Below are positions 1 through 8,768 of a DNA stretch of 64,000 bases, piece after piece. How positions within the stretch are numbered: position 1 is the stretch's first letter; each line of letters begins with the position of its first letter. Where the stretch lies: contig CALSSJ010000044.1 of NCBI GenBank assembly GCA_943788985.1, positions 36,660-100,659 on the forward strand, written 5' to 3'. The notes under the pieces are model-generated. The model did not search any database, had not been told where the DNA came from, and saw only the letters and a program-made list of their open reading frames with translations. The stretch comes from an uncultured Lentisphaerales bacterium. Lineage in GTDB: Bacteria > Verrucomicrobiota > Lentisphaeria > JABSQK01 > UBA12247. A program made the position numbers and the translations under genes.

Positions 1-3000
1 ATGTAGTAGCGCTGCCCGGCCTGCAAGGTGACCGGCTCTGACTCCTGAGCGGCCGTGCGAATCTGCCGCACGCTGTTCCAATCATCCGTAAAGGCAACCA
101 CCGCAGTGTCAGCGGCAGAATCTGTGACGCTCAGTAACAGAGTCGCCTCACGATCGCCGGACACGTAAAAGGTGTACTCGCCGGTGGCCGGCGGATGCAG
201 GTAGCCTCGCACACGCGTGCCGTAGTGGTAGCCCCCAATGACTCGGCCCCTCAAAGGTACTGAGGTGGTCACTGAACGTTGGCGAATCAGGATAGCGCTC
301 GTCTTCTCTACCAAGTCCTCAACCGAGCCACCACGTACGTCCAGCCATACCTCGCGCAGAATGCCACCGACAGCCTGATTCAGCGGCTCAAGCACGGTCA
401 CCATGACCGTGTCACGGTGACTGGCAGCATCACAGGTCACTGTCAGCTCCAGTTCATAAACACCGGGCGCCTGCAAGGTCAACGTGGTCTCGGGATCGCT
501 TGCAGCCAGAAAACCGGCCCCCGCAGGGCCACTCAGCTGCCGCCACCGGACTGCTGGCTCTCCATCTTGGCCACGTCGAAACTGGATTCTGCCAGCCAGC
601 GCCAACTCACTACGTGGGAAATAGATCTCGCGATCTGGTCCGGCGTCTGCGAAGACCTTAATTGCCTCGTCGACAGGCGCGGCGTCCTCTCTACTCCACG
701 GAGAAAGCATACTACCGGGAACAATAGACAGTGCTGGCGACCATGGCGTGGACCAGGCAACGGCCACATGATCACCACCCCAGCCCTCTTTGTGCAGGAC
801 TTCGACATAATACCGCTCACCAGCCTCCAATTCCACCCAGATAGAAAGTTGCTCTTCGTACCGATCCCAATCTTCGGGAGACGTCGCCCCCGGGACCTGC
901 GCGATCAATGTTGCCGTCGCGGGATCGTCGCCAGCCCCCAGCAGCAGTTGACACTCGTCATCCCCCGAAATCGCAAACCTATACTGCCCGCTCACGGGGG
1001 CATGCAGATAGCCACGAATCCGCGTCCCGTAGCCGTCGCTCCAATGAACCGGCGTCGCCAAGCGTGGAAGCAGATCACGAAAATATGGATTGTCCGGGTA
1101 ATTCTCGTGATTCAGCAGTAGCTGTACCTCGTTGTACCAGACATCAGTCCACACCTCGCGTAGAATTGAACCGGTATTTGGTGCCAGTGCGCGGTGCAAA
1201 CGAACGATGACCTCATCGCTATGCACCACCGCACCTTCGATGCTGGCATCCAGGCGGATTACGTATTCGCCCTCAGCCGGGAGCGTCAGTGCGGTAGTCT
1301 CTCCTGTTTGATCGGCGATCGCTGCCTGAGTCGGCCCATCAATCTGCGTCCACCGAAAGGTCACCAGTTCTGGCTCCACGCTCATGGCGAAGACCTGCGC
1401 GGTGAGCGTCGTCTCCTGCTGCGGGCAGTACACCTCCTGATCATCACCGGCATATGCCACAGCGACCGGCAATGCCGTGGCGCGCGGCGCGTCCAAATAG
1501 GGCATCAAAAACACGGAATCAATCACCTGGCGTTCGATGTCCGGCCCTTGCCAGCCGACCGTCAGATAGTCGTGTCCACCGCCGTCCTTGTGAATTGCCC
1601 GAATTAGGTAACTCCGACCGGCCTCAAGCTCGATCTCGGCGGAAGCCTGCGAGTCCCGATAGTCCCAATTCCGGTAGCTGGTCCAGATATTCAGGTGGGC
1701 GATCTGCGTCAGACCAGCAGCGTCTTCGCTGTCGCTGAGAAACAGCGCACTATGGTCGTCGCTAGCGATGAAGAAGCGGTAGGTGCCAGTTGTTGGCGGC
1801 ACCAGCAGCGCAGTCAATTGCTGCCCGTAGTTATCGGCCCAAGGCTCTGGAGTCTCGAACGACTCAAGCGTGTCCACCACCATCGGCGCTTGGAGATACG
1901 CCTCGCTCGAAAGCAAGTTATCCACCCCGCCGCCGGAAACTCCCAGCCACACTTCACGAGTCACGCCCGTCACGCCCTCAATCAGACTCTGCCGGAGAGC
2001 AATTTCCACGTTGTCCACCGCCAGGTTGTAGCCGTCCACTGCCGTGACCTGAAATTCATACACTCCAGCGGCTGGCAAGGCCACCGTCGTCTCAAGCGCG
2101 CTAGGGTCTGCGATGTTCGCAACGCCCAGCCCCGACACTTGCCGCCACTCCACCTCGACTTCGGCATCCCAACGACGCTTAAAATAGTCTGCCTTCAGCC
2201 TGAATGTCTGCCGCGGCAGATAGCCGCTGCTATCCGGCCCGGCTCCAACCGCGAGTTCTACGCGGGGCAACAGCAGGGGCGCTGGCTGAACTGGTGACAA
2301 GTGTGTGCCCCCAATAGCCTGGCGTTCAAACACCCCTTCCAGTTCCCAGGCCACGGACAAACTGTCTCCGCCGCCAGCTTCCTTTTGCAGCCCTTCGATG
2401 TAGTACACTTGGCCAGCCTCCAGGTGGACTGCCACGGAGCGCTGTTCCTGAAATTTATCCCACTCCAGCGCCGCGGTCCAATCGCTCACAGTGGCGATTA
2501 GCACGGCTCCGCTAGGGTGCTCCGAATCAGAAAGATAAAGGGCACACTGGTCATCGCCAGAGACCCAGAACACGTAGTCGCCTGTGACCGGAGGATGAAG
2601 ATAGCCATGGACACGCGCTCCATAGCCCCAGCCCCAATTCACTGGGGTTGCGAAGCTGGTGAGCGCATCGCTAAAAGTCGGATTGTCCGGGTAGGTCGCG
2701 TGCTGCACCAGGTCAACAAGCCGCTTCCCCCAGATCCCTGTCCAGACTTCGCGGGTCACGGTTCCGCGCTCAAGCGCATTCGTGCCAGTTATGTGGGCTG
2801 CGTAGTCCGCAATGTTGGACATCCCGTCAAAATTCACGTCCCGCTCTCTGTCATGGGAGCCCGGATCGAGTCCCTTAGCCAGCTCGTAGGCGTCATGCAT
2901 GCCGTCACTGTCCGCGTCATCAAACATCGGATTTTTGCCCGTAACATACAACTCGTCGACACAAACCGGCCCGGCAAACGTCAGCTCACGAAGGCTCTGC

Positions 3001-3539
3001 GCGGCGCCGCTCAACGGCAGATCTGCGGCGAGCAGCCGTTTGTTGCCATACAAATCCCAGCGTTCCCGCAAAAAATCGATGCGGGCCGTAATCCGCAGCC
3101 AAATCTTCGAATGCCCGGCCGCGTCCACCGGAATCCGGCACTCCGTCAGCAGCCACGCGCTGTTCGCCCAAACCGCCACCACGCCAGCATCTGCACCGTC
3201 TGCCACGAAACCGATCGCCGCGGTGTCCGCAATCAAGAACGGCGTTTCCGCCACGCCGGGCCGGTAGTAGGCATCCACAAACACCGTCGCGGACTCATTC
3301 TCGCGAAAGGGAATTGTCGCCTCACCACTAGCCTCAACCACCAGGCTCTGACTGTGCTTCGCCTGATCGGCTGAGGTGATGGACACCCCACCCGCAACCG
3401 TCCAGCCTAGCTCCGTCAGGTCACTGTCGACCGCGTAGTTCTCCCACGTTTCGAACCGGACTCGCTCCGGTATCTTGTTCTGCGCCTCGGCATAGAAGGC
3501 GGCAAAAGTCATGGCCAGTAGTAATATCCTTGCTGTCAC
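1..3539 (-). CDS. Large secreted protein with >=4 tandem PA14 + PKD/Ig-like modules (3' end outside window)
   Basis: Manual translation from GTG 3539 gives a signal-peptide-like start (MTARILLLAMTFAAFYAEA), DxDxDG-like motifs (DADSDGMHD), then repeated 'REVW...YGxRxxGYLHPP.TG.Y.F.xSGDD...LEAG..YY...KE.GG' PA14 units about every 790-800 bp, separated by 'AGPD...W.Q.SG...G.YE..LTV' PKD-like units. The frame is open to the window edge, so it is absent from the ORF track. Confidence 0.85.
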   Translation of the reverse strand, partial: MTARILLLAMTFAAFYAEAQNKIPERVRFETWENYAVDSDLTELGWTVAGGVSITSADQAKHSQSLVVEASGEATIPFRENESATVFVDAYYRPGVAETPFLIADTAAIGFVADGADAGVVAVWANSAWLLTECRIPVDAAGHSKIWLRITARIDFLRERWDLYGNKRLLAADLPLSGAAQSLRELTFAGPVCVDELYVTGKNPMFDDADSDGMHDAYELAKGLDPGSHDRERDVNFDGMSNIADYAAHITGTNALERGTVTREVWTGIWGKRLVDLVQHATYPDNPTFSDALTSFATPVNWGWGYGARVHGYLHPPVTGDYVFWVSGDDQCALYLSDSEHPSGAVLIATVSDWTAALEWDKFQEQRSVAVHLEAGQVYYIEGLQKEAGGGDSLSVAWELEGVFERQAIGGTHLSPVQPAPLLLPRVELAVGAGPDSSGYLPRQTFRLKADYFKRRWDAEVEVEWRQVSGLGVANIADPSALETTVALPAAGVYEFQVTAVDGYNLAVDNVEIALRQSLIEGVTGVTREVWLGVSGGGVDNLLSSEAYLQAPMVVDTLESFETPEPWADNYGQQLTALLVPPTTGTYRFFIASDDHSALFLSDSEDAAGLTQIAHLNIWTSYRNWDYRDSQASAEIELEAGRSYLIRAIHKDGGGHDYLTVGWQGPDIERQVIDSVFLMPYLDAPRATALPVAVAYAGDDQEVYCPQQETTLTAQVFAMSVEPELVTFRWTQIDGPTQAAIADQTGETTALTLPAEGEYVIRLDASIEGAVVHSDEVIVRLHRALAPNTGSILREVWTDVWYNEVQLLLNHENYPDNPYFRDLLPRLATPVHWSDGYGTRIRGYLHAPVSGQYRFAISGDDECQLLLGAGDDPATATLIAQVPGATSPEDWDRYEEQLSIWVELEAGERYYVEVLHKEGWGGDHVAVAWSTPWSPALSIVPGSMLSPWSREDAAPVDEAIKVFADAGPDREIYFPRSELALAGRIQFRRGQDGEPAVRWRQLSGPAGAGFLAASDPETTLTLQAPGVYELELTVTCDAASHRDTVMVTVLEPLNQAVGGILREVWLDVRGGSVEDLVEKTSAILIRQRSVTTSVPLRGRVIGGYHYGTRVRGYLHPPATGEYTFYVSGDREATLLLSVTDSAADTAVVAFTDDWNSVRQIRTAAQESEPVTLQAGQRYY

Positions 3540-3744
3540 GTCTCATCGCTCTCTGGGTATAGCCTTCTCGGTAACAAAACGATCTTCGATTAACCTACCG
3601 TAGGTAGTTTGTGGCGTTAGGACAATCCCGATTTCCCATAATAACCCGGAAATATCTGCGATGGTTGCCACTTGCCTGTTGCAGGGTGGCTGCCTGAGGG
3701 TAGATTTCAATCTACTCGTTCCTGTCGAACCAGCCGTAGGGGCT

Positions 3745-4524
3745 ATGGAGCAGCTTTCCTTTGATGTTACGTTGTTTTCTGCTGACAGTGCGAATCTGTC
3801 CGCTCACTTGTCGCGAGGAAAGCTCCGACAAGGCGTACTTGCTTGGGTAGCAGCGCAAGGAGCCGACGCGATTGGCCTTGACGTTGTCACCAGAAACCAG
3901 CGGTTTCGTGCTCCCATCGGCGCGTTTTGGAGCAGCCCCGCTCAACTGGCGGCAAAGTCCATGCTTGTGGAAATCAAGACCTCGCGCGCAGCTTGCTGGC
4001 CGGACCATGTTCGTTCTGAGAACCTGCTCCCAGAGCTCCGGAGCCTCAAGCGAGACCGCCAGACTTTGCTGGCAGAGATTCGTGATGCCGAGCCACATCT
4101 CCGCTGTAGCCAGTCGCTCTTCGAAGAGTTTGCAGAGTGGAATTATGAGAAATCTGACAATCCCGCCTATCAGCAACTGAGCGAAGATATCCGGCGCGTA
4201 CAGACTGCCATCTATCGCGGAACCCGCTTCGAGCGGCTCGCTGCCGGGACGATGGCCCACAAACTCTACCTAGCCGTGCCTGAAGGCGCTGTACACCCGG
4301 ACGAGTTGGCCGACGGCTGGGGCCTACTTTGGGTACACGAAGATCAAAGCGTGACCTGCGTCGCTGATGCCACACACCACACCTGCCCCCAGGATGATGT
4401 AAACCGCTTCGCAGTTGCAATTGCGAAGTCCGCAAAAGCCTGCGTGCTGTTTGCCACTGGCATCGACGAGGCGCACGCATGCCGGATTGTGCAACCACCG
4501 CGCCGAAGACGAAAACCCCAATGA
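3745..4524 (+). CDS. Hypothetical protein, MmcB-like PD-(D/E)XK fold with large helical insertion
   Basis: Motifs 'MLVEIKTSRA' and 'HKLYLAVPEGAVHPDELADGWGLLWV'; ATG 3745 follows AGGGG; stop overlaps the next ATG. Confidence 0.55.
   Translation: MEQLSFDVTLFSADSANLSAHLSRGKLRQGVLAWVAAQGADAIGLDVVTRNQRFRAPIGAFWSSPAQLAAKSMLVEIKTSRAACWPDHVRSENLLPELRSLKRDRQTLLAEIRDAEPHLRCSQSLFEEFAEWNYEKSDNPAYQQLSEDIRRVQTAIYRGTRFERLAAGTMAHKLYLAVPEGAVHPDELADGWGLLWVHEDQSVTCVADATHHTCPQDDVNRFAVAIAKSAKACVLFATGIDEAHACRIVQPPRRRRKPQ
4421..4435. repeat. Dispersed palindrome TTGCGRASTYCGCAA, perfect copy
   Basis: TTGCGAAGTCCGCAA inside CDS (encodes IAKSAK). Confidence 0.9.
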
Positions 4525-5501
4525 GCAGAAAACGGGGAAAGGCACTACGGACACGCCTCACAAGGTCACTGCTCAAAAACTGTTTCCCCCTACTGAGCCG
4601 CGCGCTAGCCCTCTGCCCCAGGCTACTGGCCCACGGCCTCGCCAGGCTCGCGTCTTGGATCATCTGGTCCCTTCCCAATGAGCGCAAACTTCTGCGCACC
4701 AATCTGACCATCGCCTTTCCTAAAAAAACATCCAGCCAACGTGCCCGCATCGCTCGGGCCTCGGTCAGTCACCTCATCTACGCCTCTTTTGCCTTCGCTC
4801 GTGCAGCACGAGATCCTAGCCGCATCCTTGAACTCATGACCTACGACGAAGAAGAACTTGCCGCCTTCCAAAATGCCGGTGGAGCCATCCTCATCAGCCC
4901 TCATCTAGGCCACTGGGAAGTGGGACATCTCGCCGTGAACCTACTGGGGATGCAGACCGTCACCGTCTCCCGAAAGCATCGCTACGACGAGGTCGAAAAC
5001 TTTCTTAAAACCGCGCGCACCTGCACCGGTGCCCAAATGGTCTATCAGGCTGGGGCCGTGCGCGGCATGCTCAAAGGGCTGCGGGCTGGCCACAAAATAT
5101 TCATCCTGGTCGACCAGAATATTCGGCCACGAGACGGTGGTGTCTATGCCCCCTTCTTCGGCCTGCCCGCAACCGTCAGCCGGGCCCCCGCCTCCCTCGC
5201 CGCCAAGGCCGCCGGCGGCGTCTGGCTTGGAGCCTGCCTGCTTGAACCTGATGGCAAGTTTCGCCTCACTTGCCGGAAAATTGACCTACTAGGTTCCGAA
5301 AGCGATGAAGCCGCTATGGCACAGGTAAATTCAGCTACAGAAGCCATTGTCCGAGAGTTTCCGGAACAATACCTGTGGTGGTATAAGCGCTGGCTCTTCA
5401 TACCTGACGAAGCCGACACAGCGGACTATCCCTACTACGCACGGACGATCCGCAACTCAGCTGGTTCCATTACGTCAACCCAACGGACGATGAAGCCTTG
5501 A
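4521..5501 (+). CDS. Lipid A late acyltransferase (LpxL/HtrB family)
   Basis: 'SPHLGHWEV', 'ILVDQN', 'PFFG.PA', 'PEQYLWWYKRW' family motifs. Confidence 0.85.
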   Translation: MSRKRGKALRTRLTRSLLKNCFPLLSRALALCPRLLAHGLARLASWIIWSLPNERKLLRTNLTIAFPKKTSSQRARIARASVSHLIYASFAFARAARDPSRILELMTYDEEELAAFQNAGGAILISPHLGHWEVGHLAVNLLGMQTVTVSRKHRYDEVENFLKTARTCTGAQMVYQAGAVRGMLKGLRAGHKIFILVDQNIRPRDGGVYAPFFGLPATVSRAPASLAAKAAGGVWLGACLLEPDGKFRLTCRKIDLLGSESDEAAMAQVNSATEAIVREFPEQYLWWYKRWLFIPDEADTADYPYYARTIRNSAGSITSTQRTMKP

Positions 5502-5518
5502 TTTTCCTGCGTGCCGTT

Positions 5519-5995
5519 TGCCAGAGCGTCGCCTAGGGACTCGAATACCTGCACAACCTAAAACAGCCCGTGATCGACGGCAATGTCCGGCCCCGGCACA
5601 TGCGCATCACTCCCGATGGCGAAATCAAGCTCATCAGCTTTGGCTCTGCTTACTTCGCCTGGAGCGAACCGCCACACCGCGAGCCGGACGAATACGCCGC
5701 ACCAGAACAGTTGCTCTACATGGAGGGCAGGAGGATCAGCCCTGATCTTGAGACAGACCGCTACTCCCTGGCATCCGCGATGAACTACGGATTCTGCGGC
5801 CAGCATCGCTTTCTTAGTGTGCAGAACACCACCGATTCAGCCGCCCGCCTCAAGAGCGCAATCTTTGCTCGCAAAATACCGCTTCGCAAGAAAAACGAAC
5901 GACATGCTGGATGCCAGCCCCGTAAGGCGACCATCCTTCTAAGATCTACATCTCGTCTTGGCAGATCCCTATGGCGAAGACGCATCGGAGCCTGA
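5519..5995 (+). pseudogene. Ser/Thr protein kinase fragment
   Basis: CQSVA*GLEYLHNLKQPVIDGNVRPRHM...IKLISFG...YAAPEQL...TDRYSLA. In-frame TAG at 5534, HRD/DFG degenerate, N-lobe missing. Confidence 0.65.
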
Positions 5996-6073
5996 AGAAC
6001 CACCAGCGGCTGAATGTCCCCCCATACTCCCGCAGGCTCCCCCGGCAGCTGAAGAGTAGCACTGACTGCCATC

Positions 6074-6598
6074 TCACAGGCCCGCCACAGCCAGCGCCTG
6101 CCCCACCAGCTTGCTTGCTTGCTCTGCTGTAATCACCGCACCGTCGGCTAAATCACTGACCACCTTCAAGACAGACAGCGGCAGCTGACCACACGCAGCG
6201 GCAATCGCTCCGGTCTCCATCTCCACCAACGTCTCTACTCCCTCAGTTTGCGGAGTTCGCACCGTCGTCAACGGCCGTGCGGGCATTCCCGGCCACGGAC
6301 GCAGCGGGTACAGCTGTCCGTCCCACGCAACTGCCTCAGCCGTGAACACATCCCCGAACTGCACCTCTGGCGTCCCGCCGCAAATCCCGACGTTGCGAAG
6401 TTCGCAAATCTCGGAAAACTCGCGGAGCAAAGCACCTGTGGCCGCGCTCGCGCGCTCAGGCCCGACCCCCGTGATCGCCACGATGGCGTTATCCTTGCGA
6501 TAGATGCGAAAGCCCAGCGCACTTGGCACGCGCCGTGCCTGCAGCCGCGTCAATATCGGCTGCGCCTCACAGCGTAAGGCACACAACCAGGCAATCAC
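6074..6598 (-). CDS. Nucleoside phosphorylase / MTA-SAH nucleosidase-like protein
   Basis: 'ITGVGPERA', 'NVGICGG', 'VEMETGAI', 'LKVVSD'. Confidence 0.75.
   Translation of the reverse strand: MIAWLCALRCEAQPILTRLQARRVPSALGFRIYRKDNAIVAITGVGPERASAATGALLREFSEICELRNVGICGGTPEVQFGDVFTAEAVAWDGQLYPLRPWPGMPARPLTTVRTPQTEGVETLVEMETGAIAAACGQLPLSVLKVVSDLADGAVITAEQASKLVGQALAVAGL
6393..6407. repeat. Dispersed palindrome TTGCGRASTYCGCAA, perfect copy
   Basis: TTGCGAAGTTCGCAA inside CDS (ICELRN); a 14/15 copy lies at 6248-6262. Confidence 0.9.
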
Positions 6599-6606
6599 CG
6601 CTCAGC

Positions 6607-7263
6607 CTACGCGCCCCAGCGCGCCCGATAGTCCGCGATCGCGCGCAGAATCTCCGCCGAGACCAGCCCATGCTCCGTGACATGTGCCACGATCTCGGAA
6701 AGAGTGACGATCGCAAAGGCAGGCATGTCGTAGGTAGTCGCCAGTTCATCCAGCGCATTGCGCTCACCGGTCCCCTTCTCCTCCCGATCCACGGATACGA
6801 TCAGACCCGCGAGCGTAACGTCCGCCGCGCTGCGCAGCAGCGGTACGGTCTCACGCACAGACGTCCCAGCCGTCACCACATCTTCGACAATCACAACGCG
6901 CTCGCCATCGCCGAAAGGATGCCCGACAAAGACTCCCTTCTCGCCGTGATCCTTCGCTTCCTTGCGGTTGAATGTGAAGTTCACCGTATGATCATGCTCC
7001 GCAGCGAGCGCCATAGACGCGGTCACAACCAGCGGCACCCCTTTGTACGCGGGGCCAAAAAGCGTGTCGTACTCCCGTCCCAGCCGATCAGCCAGCGCCG
7101 CCGCGTAGAACGAGCCCAACTTCGCAATCTGCGGCCCGGTCGCGTATTGCCCGGTATTAATGAAGTATGGGGTTTTCCGCCCGCTCTTTGTCGTGAAATC
7201 CCCGAACCGAAGCCCGCCAGAATCTAGCATAAAGGAAATAAAATTTTGCTTATAGTTCGTCAT
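6607..7263 (-). CDS. pyrE: Orotate phosphoribosyltransferase
   Basis: 'FGDFTTKSGRKTPYF', 'FGPAYKG', 'FNRKEAKDHGE', PRPP loop 'IVEDVVTAGTS'. Confidence 0.97.
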   Translation of the reverse strand: MTNYKQNFISFMLDSGGLRFGDFTTKSGRKTPYFINTGQYATGPQIAKLGSFYAAALADRLGREYDTLFGPAYKGVPLVVTASMALAAEHDHTVNFTFNRKEAKDHGEKGVFVGHPFGDGERVVIVEDVVTAGTSVRETVPLLRSAADVTLAGLIVSVDREEKGTGERNALDELATTYDMPAFAIVTLSEIVAHVTEHGLVSAEILRAIADYRARWGA

Positions 7264-8741
7264 TCGTCAGCAAACTCCCAAGCATGACGTTCGCGCAGAG
7301 CTGGCACAGCGTTACCGCGCCCGGTGGCCTCCAGACGCTCTACATATCGTTTCAGATGGCCACTCGCATGCAACGGGCCACCTTCCGCCATGACCTCCCA
7401 CATCGGGTCTGAGCTACTCGGGCTGCTGGCCATCATGTCATCATGCCAATCCAGTAGCCGGGAAGCGCCCTCACGACAGATCTCCGGATGCGCCTCCGCC
7501 AAGTCAAACTGCTCATGCGGATCGCTCTCAAGATTGTACAGCATCTCCTTCGGGAACAGGTGATAGCCGTCGTGATACGTACGCATGTACAGCCACGGCC
7601 CAAAGCGCACGCTTCGCTGGCAAACATGGGCACATTGGCTGATCACCAGCTGGTCGCGCCCAGTCGCCTCGCCGTCTTGTATCGCAGCAGCAAAACTCTC
7701 GCCATCCCAGCGCGGGCGCGCCGCCACACCGGTCAGTTCTGCCAGTGTCGGGGCCAGGTCCACATTATAATGCAACCCCTCATTCACGCAGGCCTCTTCC
7801 ATGCCGGGCCAGTGTACAATCAGCGGCACTCGGCAGGTGATCGAGTCAGCCGTACCGTGCTCGCCGTAGATCCCAAGCTCGCCCTGGTTCTCACCATGAT
7901 CAGCCGTCACGATCACCACCACATCATCCAGCCCGACTCCCTGGGCCTCCAGCCCTGCCAGGATCCGACCGACATGCTCGTCTGCCCAGTTCACACCGCA
8001 GTCATAGCCATCGATCATCCGCCGCAAATCTTCCATTGTCTGCAACTCACCCGGCTGCCTCGGAAACGCAGGGAGCTCATCTCCGTTGTACATGTTAATG
8101 TCCAACGCAGTGTGCGGTCCTGCCATCTTCTTATGGCCCTCAAGCACATCTTCCGTCAGCCATTCCGGGAGCGGGTCGTCCGCAAAAGGATTCCCTAACT
8201 CTTCTGGCGTTCGGTAGGGCGTATGCGGGTCCCAGTAGTTCACGTAGAGAAACCAGTCATCATCTGCCGCATTGTCTGCGATCCACTTGAGCACAACTGG
8301 AGTGACTTCCTCTGCAGATTCCTGCCCGCCCTTTCCCGTGTTGTGCACTTCATTGAAGCCAGCGTAGAACGTCCAGCAGGTGTGACGTTCGGGAAAAGGG
8401 CTAACCAGCGTGGTTTTCATGCCCAGTTTACGAAAGATGGTAGGCAACGCATCCTCGTACAGCTCCGAGCGAAAGTTACGCCCCGGCCCTTCGAGGCGCA
8501 TATCGGCCGCAGTGCCACCGTGCCCGACCACGCCAGTATGAATCCCAAACCGGCCACTCATCAAGGCTGTACGAGAGGGCAAGCAGGGTGCATCTGAGCA
8601 GTAATAGTTCGTAAATCGAACTGCCCTCTCGGCAATTCGATCAATGTTCGGTGAGGTATTTCGATGGTAGCCGTAGCACCCGAGATGATCGGGCCGAAGG
8701 CTATCAATGTCACACAGAAGTACGCGCATCTGGATCCTCAT
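7260..8741 (-). CDS. Sulfatase (Cys-type)
   Basis: 'DIDSLRPDHL', CxPxR 'CLPSRTALMSG', 'YWDPH', 'TADHGE'. Confidence 0.93.
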   Translation of the reverse strand: MRIQMRVLLCDIDSLRPDHLGCYGYHRNTSPNIDRIAERAVRFTNYYCSDAPCLPSRTALMSGRFGIHTGVVGHGGTAADMRLEGPGRNFRSELYEDALPTIFRKLGMKTTLVSPFPERHTCWTFYAGFNEVHNTGKGGQESAEEVTPVVLKWIADNAADDDWFLYVNYWDPHTPYRTPEELGNPFADDPLPEWLTEDVLEGHKKMAGPHTALDINMYNGDELPAFPRQPGELQTMEDLRRMIDGYDCGVNWADEHVGRILAGLEAQGVGLDDVVVIVTADHGENQGELGIYGEHGTADSITCRVPLIVHWPGMEEACVNEGLHYNVDLAPTLAELTGVAARPRWDGESFAAAIQDGEATGRDQLVISQCAHVCQRSVRFGPWLYMRTYHDGYHLFPKEMLYNLESDPHEQFDLAEAHPEICREGASRLLDWHDDMMASSPSSSDPMWEVMAEGGPLHASGHLKRYVERLEATGRGNAVPALRERHAWEFADE

Positions 8742-8768
8742 ACCCTTCAGGCCGCAAATGGAGGCTCT

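Noticed and set aside
279..3374. Plus-strand ORFs of 137-285 aa (279-1121, 1194-1607, 1695-2297, 2517-3374)
   Set aside because: Antisense shadows in register with the long minus-strand PA14/PKD gene; no recognisable motifs.
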